Positions 19,517 to 30,344 are shown, counted from the first letter of the stretch. The stretch: DNA of 64,000 nt from Bacillota bacterium (GCA_017889625.1 JAGGAD010000002.1:39761-103760), one strand, 5' to 3'. Numbers and translations are program-made. Notes: generated by a model not told the origin, from the sequence alone.

Positions 19517-20893
19517 GTGATAGAAAGCGGCAATAACGTAATTGCAACGGATTTGAAGGGTAATACCCAAAAGAGTGTGCAAAAATTTTATAAAACATAT
19601 ACCTATGGCTGTCAAATGAATGAAAACGACACGGAACGGTTGGCAGGACAGCTTAAAAGTCTTGGGTTTGCGGAGACCGATAATAATGAGCAAGCCGATG
19701 TGATTATTATTAATACATGTTGTGTTCGGGAAAGTGCGGAAAAAAAGATTTATGGAAAAATCGGCGAATTAAAACGCCTAAAAGCCACTAACCCCAATCT
19801 TTTAATTGTTATTGCTGGGTGTATGGCCCAAAAAGATAGAGAAAAGCTGTTTAAAAAGGCTTCGCATATTGATCTTATTATTGGTACTCATAATGTTCAT
19901 CAATTTACAGAGTTAGTGACGAAACTGGATAAATCACGGGAACGAGTGCTGGCAGTATGGGATCAGGCCGAACGTCTGGCACCGAATGTGCCCACCATCC
20001 GCAAAAATAAGATATCTGCATGGGTGCCAATTATGTATGGGTGTAACAATTTTTGTACCTACTGCATTGTTCCCTATGTTCGGGGCCGTGAACGTTCTCG
20101 TACGGTTGAAGATATAATCCAGGAAATTGACGAGTTAAGTGAACAAGGGTTTAAAGAAATAACTTTACTGGGACAAAACGTTAATTCCTATGGTAAAGAT
20201 GCAGATAATCAGCTTGATTTTGCTGATTTATTAACTAAAGTAGACAGTTTAAATACGATTGAACGTATCCGGTATATGACTTCTCATCCTAGAGATATGA
20301 CGGACAAGGTAATCGCCGCTGTAAAAAACAGCCGCAATATCTGTGAACATTTTCATTTGCCTATCCAGTCCGGCAGTGATACTCTCCTGGAGAAAATGAA
20401 TCGAGGCTATAACCAGAGTTATTATCGTGATCTGGTGCAAAAAATTCGTCAGGCTGTGCCTAATTCTAGTTTGACGACCGATATTATTGTTGGGTTTCCT
20501 GGTGAAACGGAAGAGTTATTTGAGGAAACGCTGGCGTTATTAAAAGCAGTCGAGTTTGATGCTGCGTATACGTTCCTCTATTCACAGCGCTCCGGGACAC
20601 CGGCGGCGACAATGCCTGATCAAATACCGTTGGCGGTTAAAAAAGTCCGGCTTAACCGCCTGGCAGATATACAGAATGAAATTAGTCTGGCAATCAACAA
20701 ACGTCTGGTTGGTTCAACGGTAGAGGTACTAGTTGAAGGGGAAAGCAAAAATAATGCTGAAAAATTAATGGGGCGAACCCGGACGAATAAGATTGTTCTT
20801 TGGGATAAAACCGGTGATGAGCGTATTGGACAATTGGTTCAGGTCAAGATAAGCGTTGCCCAGACATGGTTATTAAAAGGACAGTTAGTTTAA
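19517..20893 (+). CDS. miaB: tRNA-i6A37 methylthiotransferase MiaB
   Basis: Contains TYGCQMNENDTE (UPF0004 domain), the radical SAM motif CNNFCTYCIVP and a C-terminal TRAM domain. GTG at 19517 lies downstream of the promoter. The track start at 19409 would sit at the predicted TSS. Confidence 0.9.
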   Translation: MIESGNNVIATDLKGNTQKSVQKFYKTYTYGCQMNENDTERLAGQLKSLGFAETDNNEQADVIIINTCCVRESAEKKIYGKIGELKRLKATNPNLLIVIAGCMAQKDREKLFKKASHIDLIIGTHNVHQFTELVTKLDKSRERVLAVWDQAERLAPNVPTIRKNKISAWVPIMYGCNNFCTYCIVPYVRGRERSRTVEDIIQEIDELSEQGFKEITLLGQNVNSYGKDADNQLDFADLLTKVDSLNTIERIRYMTSHPRDMTDKVIAAVKNSRNICEHFHLPIQSGSDTLLEKMNRGYNQSYYRDLVQKIRQAVPNSSLTTDIIVGFPGETEELFEETLALLKAVEFDAAYTFLYSQRSGTPAATMPDQIPLAVKKVRLNRLADIQNEISLAINKRLVGSTVEVLVEGESKNNAEKLMGRTRTNKIVLWDKTGDERIGQLVQVKISVAQTWLLKGQLV

Positions 20894-20931
20894 ATTCATG
20901 TAGATCAGATGTTGGGAGAAGGAGATTATAG

Positions 20932-23532
20932 ATGGCTGCTGGTTATACACCAATGCTGGAACAATATTTAGAGATAAAAGACCGCCATCAGGACAGCATT
21001 TTATTTTTCCGTCTTGGCGATTTTTATGAGATGTTTTTTTCTGATGCTGAACTGGCCTCTCGTGAACTTGAAATAACGCTTACGGCCAGGGACGGGGGAG
21101 CGGCGAATAAAATCCCGATGTGTGGTGTGCCTTATCATGCCGCTGATAATTACATCACTCGACTTATTCAAAAGGGCTACAAGGTTGCCATTTGCGAACA
21201 GGTGGAAGATCCTAAGCAGGCCAAAGGTATTGTACGGCGGGAAGTTATTAAAATTATCACGCCCGGCACGGTTTTATCAGATAGTTTATTAATCGATAAA
21301 AGCAATAATTTTCTGGTGCTTATTTATGAGGAGAACGATATATTATATTTGGCTGCCGCCGATATTTCAACCGCTGAAATGGTCTGGGCTGAGTTTAGCG
21401 GGGTCCATCGTGTAGCTGAACTTTGTGACCAGCTATTCCGGTTGATGCCGACGGAGGTTGTGCTGACCGGCAAAATCATCAATCTAGACTCAATACAAAG
21501 TTTTGTTGAAAATCGTATTCCTCATTGCATTTTTACCGGCCTGACGATTGATGATTATAGCGTTGTTGCCGAATTGCCGGGACGACATTTTAATGCTAGG
21601 GAATTGCCGTCAGCCGCTGGAGCATTGTTCGCGATAGCCTGCTTATTACTGTATTTATATCAGACGTTAAAAAGTGATTTATCGCATCTTAACCGGCTGA
21701 CTAAATATGATGCACGGGATTATCTTGTCTTAGATGCCGTGACTTTGCGCAACTTAGAAGTTACGGCCAATATGCGTGATGGCGGCAAAAAAGATACTTT
21801 GCTGTCAGTCTTGGACTATACAAAAACAGCAATGGGTGGGCGGCTATTGAAACGTTGGCTGGAATCGCCGTTATTACATCATACCCAAATTACTGAACGG
21901 CAGGATGCGGTAAACGAACTTTTGGCCAAGGCTACTATTCGTAAAGAATTGCAGGACGAGCTTGCGCATATTTATGATTTTGAACGTATTTTGACCAGGA
22001 TTGAAGTAGGAACGGCTAGTGCCCGTGACTTGTCAGCCTTGAAAACATCGTTAAGTGCCTTGCCGGCGATTAAACAACGACTGCAAGGGTTCACTGCTAA
22101 GCAACTGGCTAATATTGGTACAGCGTTGGCTACCCACGCCGATGTGGCTGGACTTATCGATGCGGCAATAGTCGATAATCCGCCGTTGTCGGTAAGGGAT
22201 GGCGATATGATCCGTTCCGGCTATGATATTGAATTGGATGAATTACGGGAGTTATCGCGAGATAGTAAACAGTGGGTGCAAAATCTTGAAACCAGAGAGC
22301 GCGAGGCCACTGGCATCAAATCACTCAAAGTAGGTTATAACAAAGTTTTTGGTTACTATATTGAGGTAACTAATGCTAATACGGCCGCGGTGCCACTAGC
22401 CTATGTCCGTAAACAGACGTTGGCGAATGCGGAACGATATATTACGCCAGAACTTAAAGAGTTTGAAATAAAAATTCTTGGGGCACAGGAGAAAATAGTT
22501 AATATAGAATACGCCCTGTTCATAAAAATTCGTGAATATGTCAAAGAACGTTTGAAAGAAATTCAAGAGACCGCGCGTCAGGTTGCGGGACTTGATGTTA
22601 TTACTTCTTTTAGTGAAGCAGCGGCTCGTAAAAACTATGTCCGGCCAACAATAACTACGAGCCGGGAAATTATTATTAAAGATGGACGACACCCGGTAGT
22701 TGAGGATCTTCTCAAGCAAACGATGTTTGTTCCTAACGATACGGAACTTAACCACACTGACAGTGAAATTGCTATTATTACTGGGCCCAATATGGCCGGT
22801 AAATCGACCTATATGCGCCAAGTGGCGCTGTTAACGCTGATGGCTCAGGTGGGAAGCTTTATTCCGGCGCGCGAAGCCTCAATATGTCCGGTTGATCGTA
22901 TTTTTACCAGGGTAGGGGCCAGTGATGACTTGTCGAGCGGGCAAAGTACGTTTATGGTCGAGATGAATGAAGTGGCCCATATTCTAAAGCACGCTACAAC
23001 TAATAGCTTAATTATCCTTGATGAGATTGGGCGCGGCACCAGTACTTTTGATGGCATGAGCATTGCCAGGGCGGTTATTGAATTTATCAAGGAAAAAATC
23101 AAAGCAAAAACACTGTTTGCGACGCACTACCATGAACTCATTGAATTGGAGCGATATAATAAGCGAATAAAAAACTATTCGGTTGCGGTAAAAGAGCGCG
23201 GCAACGATATTGTGTTTCTCCGCCGGATTATTCCTGGCGGTGCTGACCGGAGCTATGGCATTCATGTGGCTCAATTAGCCGGATTGCCCAAAAAAGTCGT
23301 CGAACGGGCGCAGGAAATTTTAGCTGAGTTAGAAGAATGCAATCCGTCTTCCGTGACAGAAAATGTAGCACCAGTCAAGCCTGCCGCTACATTAAATGAA
23401 GTATCGTTATTTTCGAGTAGTTTAGCGGATGAGCTATTGGCTCTCGACTGCATGACACTTACGCCGCTTGAAGCCCTTAATATTCTTTATAAACTGCAAA
23501 ATCAGGCCAAACAGGAGGCCGGAAAACTATGA
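20932..23532 (+). CDS. mutS: DNA mismatch repair protein MutS
   Basis: Contains GDFYEMF, Walker A GPNMAGKSTYMRQ and LILDEIGRGTSTFDG. Confidence 0.97.
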   Translation: MAAGYTPMLEQYLEIKDRHQDSILFFRLGDFYEMFFSDAELASRELEITLTARDGGAANKIPMCGVPYHAADNYITRLIQKGYKVAICEQVEDPKQAKGIVRREVIKIITPGTVLSDSLLIDKSNNFLVLIYEENDILYLAAADISTAEMVWAEFSGVHRVAELCDQLFRLMPTEVVLTGKIINLDSIQSFVENRIPHCIFTGLTIDDYSVVAELPGRHFNARELPSAAGALFAIACLLLYLYQTLKSDLSHLNRLTKYDARDYLVLDAVTLRNLEVTANMRDGGKKDTLLSVLDYTKTAMGGRLLKRWLESPLLHHTQITERQDAVNELLAKATIRKELQDELAHIYDFERILTRIEVGTASARDLSALKTSLSALPAIKQRLQGFTAKQLANIGTALATHADVAGLIDAAIVDNPPLSVRDGDMIRSGYDIELDELRELSRDSKQWVQNLETREREATGIKSLKVGYNKVFGYYIEVTNANTAAVPLAYVRKQTLANAERYITPELKEFEIKILGAQEKIVNIEYALFIKIREYVKERLKEIQETARQVAGLDVITSFSEAAARKNYVRPTITTSREIIIKDGRHPVVEDLLKQTMFVPNDTELNHTDSEIAIITGPNMAGKSTYMRQVALLTLMAQVGSFIPAREASICPVDRIFTRVGASDDLSSGQSTFMVEMNEVAHILKHATTNSLIILDEIGRGTSTFDGMSIARAVIEFIKEKIKAKTLFATHYHELIELERYNKRIKNYSVAVKERGNDIVFLRRIIPGGADRSYGIHVAQLAGLPKKVVERAQEILAELEECNPSSVTENVAPVKPAATLNEVSLFSSSLADELLALDCMTLTPLEALNILYKLQNQAKQEAGKL

Positions 23533-25367
23533 GTCAGGCCATCATAAAAGTTCTCGACCAGAATACCGCTAATAAAATTGCGGCCGGTGAAGTTGTTGAA
23601 CGTCCGTCATCGGTAGTAAAGGAATTAGTTGAAAACTCCCTGGATGCTTATAGTAAAGTGATCGAAGTTGCCATTCAGGATGGTGGGGCCAGCCATATCA
23701 GGGTAACCGATGATGGCTCCGGCATGAGCCGGGAGGATGCCGAACTTGCGATTTTGCGGCATGCCACCAGTAAGATAAATTCTGTTGATGATATCTACAG
23801 TGTTCAGTCGCTCGGGTTTCGCGGTGAGGCATTGCCAAGTATTGCTTCCGTGTCCAGGTTTTCCCTGACTACCAGGCTGGCAGATGCCGAATTAGCCTCC
23901 TATGTTGAAGTTACCGGAGGTGAAATTACTGATGCGCGTGAAGCTGGGGCCGGTCTCGGGACAACGATAATTGTCAACGACTTGTTTTTTAATACTCCCG
24001 CCCGACGGAAGTTTATGAAAACTGCGGCGACGGAGAGCGGGTATATCCATGATATTCTAGGCCGCTTGGCGCTGTCGCATCCTGAAGTGGCGTTTAAGCT
24101 TCTTAATAATGGACGGTTAGTCTTATCTACCCCCGGCAGCGGTAGTCTGTTAGATGCCATTGCCAGCTTATATGGGCCGAAAACGGTGGAAGCGGTACTA
24201 CCGATTGAATATCAGGAAGAAATGTTAATAATCTCTGGGTATGTCGCTAAGCCTACCCTTATTAAGAGCAGCCGACAATGGCAGACACTGATTATTAACG
24301 GGCGGACGGTATCAAGCCGGATGATTGCTAAAGCGATAGACAATGCGTATCATTCATTACTGCCAAAATCAGGTTATCCATTGGTTGTGTTGAATATTTC
24401 CTTGCCGCCGGAAGCTATTGATGTTAATGTTCATCCACAAAAAAGTGAGGTTAAACTAGCAAACGAAGGTGCAATGTTTAAAGCTGTTTACCGGGCTATC
24501 AGTGCAGCGTTGACTAATACTGAGGAAAGTGTGCCGGCAATGACGGCTGCGGCGAGTATATCGCGGACCTGGTCTAATCAGCCTCCACACCAAAATCTAA
24601 CCCACAGCTTAAATCCGGTGGCTTATTCACCGGAACCGGCACCCATGAATACTCAGCTATGGAATGAATCACCGCCGTCATTTACAGAAACTCGTAACGC
24701 TATCAAACAGCACGAAGAAATATTTAATATTACCTCAAATGACATTAATTCTGTTCCGACTAGTCAATCTGATTTGGCAATGGTTCTGCCTGAACCGGAA
24801 AGTACCCTAATGCCTCTGGGGCAGATTGATAATTGTTATATTATTGCCCGGGCAACCGACGGACTGTATATTATTGATCAGCACGCTGCGCATGAGCGAA
24901 TACTATATGACAAAATGTCTTTAGCAACCGGCCGGATTCCGGTACAACAATTGTTGATGCCGTTATTATTAGATTTTGATACCTTGGAAACCCGGTTGAT
25001 TAGTGAACATACAGAACTTTTTTTTGAGCTTGGATTTACTTTAGAAATGATTGGGCCGAACTCCTGGCGTCTTACTGAATCGCCGGCGGATATTCAGCCC
25101 GGCGAAGCCAGGGCATTTCTTATTGATGTTTTGAGACTGGTGCAAACCGACCCGAGTCCTACTGCGGCTAAACTTCGCCATGCTTATCTCCAAACGGCAG
25201 CGTGCCGGGCCGCAATTAAGGCCGGTGAACTTTTGAATATGCGGCAAATGTCTGCACTTATTACTGAACTTAATGCTACGGCATTGCCTTATACTTGCCC
25301 GCATGGAAGACCGACGATTATCAAATTCTCGCCAGCAGATTTGGCTAAAATGTTTAAACGCACCTAA
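23529..25367 (+). CDS. mutL: DNA mismatch repair endonuclease MutL
   Basis: Contains the GHKL ATPase motif IAAGEVVERPSSVVKELVENSLDA, plus GFRGEAL and the endonuclease-domain motif DQHAAHERILY. It overlaps the mutS stop by 4 nt. Confidence 0.95.
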   Translation: MSQAIIKVLDQNTANKIAAGEVVERPSSVVKELVENSLDAYSKVIEVAIQDGGASHIRVTDDGSGMSREDAELAILRHATSKINSVDDIYSVQSLGFRGEALPSIASVSRFSLTTRLADAELASYVEVTGGEITDAREAGAGLGTTIIVNDLFFNTPARRKFMKTAATESGYIHDILGRLALSHPEVAFKLLNNGRLVLSTPGSGSLLDAIASLYGPKTVEAVLPIEYQEEMLIISGYVAKPTLIKSSRQWQTLIINGRTVSSRMIAKAIDNAYHSLLPKSGYPLVVLNISLPPEAIDVNVHPQKSEVKLANEGAMFKAVYRAISAALTNTEESVPAMTAAASISRTWSNQPPHQNLTHSLNPVAYSPEPAPMNTQLWNESPPSFTETRNAIKQHEEIFNITSNDINSVPTSQSDLAMVLPEPESTLMPLGQIDNCYIIARATDGLYIIDQHAAHERILYDKMSLATGRIPVQQLLMPLLLDFDTLETRLISEHTELFFELGFTLEMIGPNSWRLTESPADIQPGEARAFLIDVLRLVQTDPSPTAAKLRHAYLQTAACRAAIKAGELLNMRQMSALITELNATALPYTCPHGRPTIIKFSPADLAKMFKRT

Positions 25368-25380
25368 GATGGGAGCTGCT

Positions 25381-26166
25381 ATGAATTTAGTTGTCACAAC
25401 GATTTATAAACCATCTGCAAGTATTGAACAGTCGGCTAGCGAACTAGCACAGAAACTTGCTGCGCCGTTGGTAAAGAGAGAAAAAAATTCACTAGAAACG
25501 ATTAGTAACGATTATGCTACCGCCAATATTTTGGTGGTCACGAAAACCGGGCCGGTTGTCCACACTCCTGACGGACAATATTTTTTTCATATCAACATGG
25601 CTGAATTGCGTATAAATAATCTCATAAATGGAAAACATGACCATATGGTAGCCGCGTTAGGGATTACCGCTGGCGATAGGGTGCTTGATTGTACACTGGG
25701 GCTTGGGAGTGATGCGATTGTCGTGAGCTACGTTGTCGGAAAAACCGGTCTGGTAGTGGGAATGGAGACCACCCCCCTCATTGCGACGGTAACAGCCTTA
25801 GGCTTACAACAGTATAATGCTTCAAGTATTGAAGTTACTTCTGCTATGCGGCGAATTACTGTAGAAACTGCCGATTATAATGATTATCTAGATCTTTTGC
25901 CGGATAATAGCTTTGATGTAGTGTATTTTGATCCAATGTTCAGGATTCCAGTTTACTCCAGTTCTAACCTTAAACCATTGCGGACCTTGGCCGACCACCG
26001 ACCGCTTTCCTTGGCTGCAGTCACAAAAGCCCGCCGGGTTGCGCGTAGACGGGTTGTTGTGAAAGAAACTAAGAATAGCAAGGAGTTCGCCCGTTTGGGG
26101 ATGACTACTGTGCTGGGCGGAAAATATAGCCGGGTTCATTATGGCGTACTGGAAGTGGGGTGCTGA
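25381..26166 (+). CDS. Class I SAM-dependent methyltransferase, RsmJ-like (DUF548-type)
   Basis: Contains DCTLGLGSDAIV and VVYFDPMF, which resemble the RsmJ (16S m2G1516) motifs. ATG at 25381 follows GGGAG, with an alternative ATG at 25369. The track start at 25273 lies inside mutL. Confidence 0.6.
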   Translation: MNLVVTTIYKPSASIEQSASELAQKLAAPLVKREKNSLETISNDYATANILVVTKTGPVVHTPDGQYFFHINMAELRINNLINGKHDHMVAALGITAGDRVLDCTLGLGSDAIVVSYVVGKTGLVVGMETTPLIATVTALGLQQYNASSIEVTSAMRRITVETADYNDYLDLLPDNSFDVVYFDPMFRIPVYSSSNLKPLRTLADHRPLSLAAVTKARRVARRRVVVKETKNSKEFARLGMTTVLGGKYSRVHYGVLEVGC

Positions 26167-26168
26167 CC

Positions 26169-27098
26169 ATGGAACAGGTTATCGCAATTATTGGCCCAAC
26201 GGCTGTTGGAAAAACCAAAGTAGGCATTGACCTGGCAAAACACTTGTCCACTGAAATTATTTCCGGTGATTCGATGTTGATTTACCGGGGAATGAACATT
26301 GGCACCGCTAAACCGGATATTGCTGAGCGTTCCGGAATTCGCCATCATCTTATTGATATTCGTGGTGCTAATGATGAGTATTGTGTTGTTGATTTTCAGA
26401 AAATGGCAGGAGAACTGATTTATCGTATTAATAGCCAACAGCACATTCCGATTCTGGTTGGCGGTACTGGGCTTTATGTTAAATCCTTGCTGGAAGGATT
26501 TAAGTTTAGTCCAATAGCTGGTAGCGATCAACTACGAAATAGACTTACAGAACTAGTTAAAGTGCACGGTAATGAATATCTCCATAATATGTTAGCAAAA
26601 GTTGAGCCCGTGGTTGCAGCCAGGTTGCATCCCAATGACCAACGTCGCATCATACGGGCTTTAGAAATTCATTTTACCGGAGAAGATGTACCCAACGAAG
26701 CTAAATCATCTGAACTTATTTATGATGCCGTGGTAATTGGCTTGACTATGGACAGGCAAAAACTCTATGATCGGATTAATCAGCGGGTAGATCTGATGAT
26801 CCGCTCTGGTTTAGTAGAAGAAGTAGACGCACTGCTAAAAACAGGGGTATCCCCTGGTGCTCAGTCAATGCAAGGTATTGGCTATAAAGAGATTGTTTTA
26901 TATTTGCAGGGAAAGGTTGAACTGCCGGCCGCAATTGATAAAATTAAACAGGCCACCAGAAATTTTGCTAAGCGGCAATTAACTTGGTACCGTAAAATGC
27001 CTTATACTTGCTGGGTTGATGTAGATAATTATAAAAATCACGCGACTTTAATGGAATATATTTACAACCATATTGCAGGAAAGTTTAACCGGGAGTAG
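26169..27098 (+). CDS. miaA: tRNA dimethylallyltransferase MiaA
   Basis: P-loop IIGPTAVGKT, plus GGTGLY and RQLTWYRK. An alternative GTG lies at 26160. Confidence 0.95.
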   Translation: MEQVIAIIGPTAVGKTKVGIDLAKHLSTEIISGDSMLIYRGMNIGTAKPDIAERSGIRHHLIDIRGANDEYCVVDFQKMAGELIYRINSQQHIPILVGGTGLYVKSLLEGFKFSPIAGSDQLRNRLTELVKVHGNEYLHNMLAKVEPVVAARLHPNDQRRIIRALEIHFTGEDVPNEAKSSELIYDAVVIGLTMDRQKLYDRINQRVDLMIRSGLVEEVDALLKTGVSPGAQSMQGIGYKEIVLYLQGKVELPAAIDKIKQATRNFAKRQLTWYRKMPYTCWVDVDNYKNHATLMEYIYNHIAGKFNRE

Positions 27099-27177
27099 AA
27101 GTATACTTATCATTAGATAGATACTTATATAAAAGTAAAGAGATATTAGATTATAAGACAGCGGAGGGGTATGAATC

Positions 27178-27438
27178 ATGACCACAACAAAAGTAATTAA
27201 TTTGCAAGACAGCTTCCTTAATCAAGTCCGGAAAGAAAACATCCCGGTAATTTTTTATTTGATCAATGGTTTTCAGTTGCGAGGCTCAGTGAAGGGCTTT
27301 GACAACTTTACCGTTATCGTAGAAAATGAAGGCAAACAGCAACTGGTGTATAAACATGCGATATCCACTATAACGCCCTTCCGGCCATTGTCGTCAACGA
27401 TGCAACAGGAGAAAAAGGATGATACTGTAAGATCATAA
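27178..27438 (+). CDS. hfq: RNA chaperone Hfq
   Basis: Sm1/Sm2 motifs: [39 protein letters not shown] and YKHAISTI. Confidence 0.95.
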   Translation: MTTTKVINLQDSFLNQVRKENIPVIFYLINGFQLRGSVKGFDNFTVIVENEGKQQLVYKHAISTITPFRPLSSTMQQEKKDDTVRS

Positions 27439-27447
27439 GAAAGATTA

Positions 27448-27481
27448 AATCAACCCAGCATGTGCTTGGGTTGATTTTTTA
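27448..27481 (+). terminator. Intrinsic terminator after hfq
   Basis: AATCAACCCAGC-ATGT-GCTTGGGTTGATTTTTT. Confidence 0.8.
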
Positions 27482-27543
27482 TTGGTGGTAAATAAGATAG
27501 GCCCAGGAATATTTTTGAACTCTTTTTTGATGATTGCATAATA

Positions 27544-27566
27544 ATCATTAGTAATGATGCTATAAT
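27544..27566 (+). promoter_or_regulatory. 15-bp perfect palindrome abutting an extended -10 element (operator/promoter candidate for the SDR cluster)
   Basis: ATCATTA-G-TAATGAT (27544-27558) is immediately followed by, and overlaps, TGc-TATAAT (27558-27566). No good -35 element is present. Confidence 0.3.
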
Positions 27567-27800
27567 TTGATTATCATACATTATGACGACTATTTTCAGT
27601 TTTATCTTTGAATCTGACTTTTGTCGCCGTAATCAGTAGTAGGTGGGTGTTTCTAATTCTTCTCAATTATATATTTGATGAAGACCATCGGATAGCTGCT
27701 GAGGATACATCGGGGAATATTCTTAGTAATTGCGAGTTATTGTAAACCGCCAATTTGATTGACCCGAGTGATAATTTTTATGACTACGGAGGAAACTAAT

Positions 27801-28577
27801 TTGAACAAGAGTATAAGTTATGATGTAGCAGGTAAATGTGCCCTTATTAGCGGTGGGACCTCGGGAATTGGCTTGGCAACAGCGAGATTATTGTTAGAAA
27901 ATGGTGCGTCGGTAGCCATTGTCGGACGACAAGCCGCCAAGGGAGAGCAAGTTTTACAGAGCTTAGCTGAATTTGGCGGTCAGGTTATTTTTATTGCCGC
28001 GAATTTAACTATGGTGGAACGCTGTAAATATGTTGTGACAACGGCTTTAAAGCAATTTGGTAAAATTGATATATTGGTTAATAGTGCTGGAGTATATCAA
28101 GAACGGTTCATTGTTGAAACGACCGAAGCTGAATATGACAAGATAATGGATGTTAATGTGAAAGCGGCATACTTTTTGTCCCAGCAGGTTGTTGAGCCGA
28201 TGAAGCGGAACGGCGGCTGTATTATTAATATCTCTTCGGATGCCGGAATCAAAGGGAATCCCGGATGCAGTGCTTATTGCGCGTCGAAAGGAGCTCTGAT
28301 TGCGCTCACTAAGTGTTTGGCGATAGAACTTTCGCCGTATCCGATTCGGGTTAATTGTATTTGTCCGGGTGATGTTGCGACGCCGATGTTAGAGAGCCAA
28401 GTTCGGCAGGCACCTAATCCTGAGCATTATCTGAAAGAGCTTAGTGAGTTGTATCCTTTGGGGCGCGTTGCTTATCCAGAAGAGGTGGCGAATTTAATTT
28501 GTTTCCTTGGTTCATCTTGCGGCGAATATATTACTGGAGCAACTTTGTCTATTGACGGTGGCCTGACTGCCCGCTAA
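27801..28577 (+). CDS. SDR family oxidoreductase
   Basis: Contains ISGGTSGIGLA (TGxxxGxG), NSAG and the catalytic YCASKGAL (YxxxK). TTG at 27801 lies 6 nt after GGAGGAA. An alternative ATG lies at 27780. Confidence 0.85.
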   Translation: MNKSISYDVAGKCALISGGTSGIGLATARLLLENGASVAIVGRQAAKGEQVLQSLAEFGGQVIFIAANLTMVERCKYVVTTALKQFGKIDILVNSAGVYQERFIVETTEAEYDKIMDVNVKAAYFLSQQVVEPMKRNGGCIINISSDAGIKGNPGCSAYCASKGALIALTKCLAIELSPYPIRVNCICPGDVATPMLESQVRQAPNPEHYLKELSELYPLGRVAYPEEVANLICFLGSSCGEYITGATLSIDGGLTAR

Positions 28578-28650
28578 ATAGTGCCTGGCGCGAGTTTCAC
28601 CAAGCAACTTATCTGCTAATATGATATAGCGATAAAAGGGCGGTGAAATT

Positions 28651-29664
28651 ATGCGTAAGTTATTGCCAACGGTCGCATTAGCGATGATTCATATCGCCGG
28701 GGATAATCTAGGGGTAGTGCCTGCTTTTGCAGTAATGCTTGGGGTAAATATTTACTGGATTATCATTGTAGCGTATATCATATTGGGAACGGTAGTTGCC
28801 GGAGTAGCTGCCTGGATTGGCAGTTATAGCGGGCTTGAATTAGGGACGGTGGTCAGTAGACTGTTTGGCTGTCGAGGAAAACAACTGTTAGCAGTGGCTA
28901 TTCTTAGTGTATCAATTCCGGCCAGCGCCATTACGGGAGGGTATTTCGCCGGACAATTGGTTGTAATGCTTACTGGAATTCCTTATTGTTGGGCTGTAAT
29001 TATTTGTTTAATTGCATTTTTGTTGTTGGCGGCAGGATGGTGGCGGGATTTTTGGATAGTTATTAATTATGTTTCATTCTTATTGATACCGTTGGTAGTG
29101 GTGTTGGCCATTACTGCCGGAGATTATAATCCGCCGCAGGTAGAATATACGGGACTGACGGACTGGTTGTTAGTACTGGCCCTTTTCAGTTACAATGCCG
29201 GGGGGATGCGTCCGGCGGTAGTTATTGAAGCGGCTGGACATTTAGCTGGTAAAGGGTATAAATCGGTAGCGTTTGCTGTCGCGGCTAAAATTATTGAAGG
29301 TTTGTTTACATTATTTATTGCGTATGTAGTGTTTAAGGCGCCGGTTTATGGCTCGCTGATTTTGCCTGATATGGCGGATTTGTACTTGGGTTATGGCGGT
29401 GCGGTGGTGTTTAAATTGGTGTTGCTTTCCACTTTTATTATGACTATGGCTCCAGCGATGATGGCTAACGCCAAACAAGTTGTTATTTTAACTGGCGTTG
29501 AATTTAAACTTGCGATGCTTATTTCTGGGCTTGTTGTATATGCAATCAGCCTGATTGATTACCAAATTGTACTTACTGTTATGAGTGGTACAGGGCTTAT
29601 TATGGTTATATACCTAGGATATATAGTTTGCTTTTTACATAAATCAGGACAGAAAAAGTTATAA
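28651..29664 (+). CDS. Polytopic membrane protein, short NCS1/cytosine-permease-like
   Basis: A 337-aa protein with about 10 TM segments. YSGLELGTVVSRLFGCRGKQL resembles the NCS1 motif (..SR.sFG.rG..), but the protein is about 100 aa shorter than typical NCS1 carriers. Confidence 0.45.
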   Translation: MRKLLPTVALAMIHIAGDNLGVVPAFAVMLGVNIYWIIIVAYIILGTVVAGVAAWIGSYSGLELGTVVSRLFGCRGKQLLAVAILSVSIPASAITGGYFAGQLVVMLTGIPYCWAVIICLIAFLLLAAGWWRDFWIVINYVSFLLIPLVVVLAITAGDYNPPQVEYTGLTDWLLVLALFSYNAGGMRPAVVIEAAGHLAGKGYKSVAFAVAAKIIEGLFTLFIAYVVFKAPVYGSLILPDMADLYLGYGGAVVFKLVLLSTFIMTMAPAMMANAKQVVILTGVEFKLAMLISGLVVYAISLIDYQIVLTVMSGTGLIMVIYLGYIVCFLHKSGQKKL

Positions 29665-29698
29665 TTAAGGCAGCGCGTTAGAAATTTGAGGAGTTATT

Positions 29699-30169
29699 AT
29701 GTTGCTATTATTGAAATTCATCGTAATTATCATTATGCTGATTGGTTTAGGTTTGACTGTTATACCGCGCTTTCCCGGGACGGTAGTAATCTTGGCGGGG
29801 GCTGGCTTGTTTTCTTTAGGAGCAGGCTTTGCCTTTGGCGAAGCCTGGATATGGGACGTGCTTATTGGGTTAGTGCTAATTGCCGAAGGGGGCGGAAGAC
29901 TGCTGCGCCGGTACTTAACCCGGCGGTATCAGTTAGGACGACAGCTTGCAGCAGCTTCAACAATCGGTAATATCGGGGGAGTATTGGTAACTAATGCACT
30001 GTTTGGGCCGGTATGGGGAGTTTTATTATGGGAGCTATTGGTTGGTAAAACAATGGCCCCAAGGTGGGATAGTATTTATACTATTTTGTTAAGACTTGTA
30101 GCGGCAGCGGCGGTGAGATTTGTCTGTGGTGTAGTAATGATTGTTGTGGTGATTGGCTGGTTAATGTAG
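29699..30169 (+). CDS. DUF456-like small membrane protein
   Basis: A 156-aa protein with 4 TM segments. The N-terminus LIGLGLTVIPRFPGTVVILAG is typical of DUF456. RBS is TGAGGAG. Confidence 0.55.
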   Translation: MLLLLKFIVIIIMLIGLGLTVIPRFPGTVVILAGAGLFSLGAGFAFGEAWIWDVLIGLVLIAEGGGRLLRRYLTRRYQLGRQLAAASTIGNIGGVLVTNALFGPVWGVLLWELLVGKTMAPRWDSIYTILLRLVAAAAVRFVCGVVMIVVVIGWLM

Positions 30170-30249
30170 CGGGAAGAAGTATTTAAATATGTTATATTTC
30201 TCATAGTATTATTCTATAGATGTTTGATTTAAAAAATTCTGACAAGTTA

Positions 30250-30279
30250 TTGACGTGTCCTTTTTCAGTGTGGTATGCT
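30250..30279 (+). promoter_or_regulatory. Sigma-A promoter candidate for the MDR dehydrogenase gene
   Basis: TTGACG (30250-30255), an 18-nt spacer, and TGg-TATGCT (30274-30279). Confidence 0.5.
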
Positions 30280-30344
30280 GAAACTGATAAAGGCAAATTA
30301 TTCCTATATCAATAATAGTCTTAAAACATAGAGGAGATGGAAAT

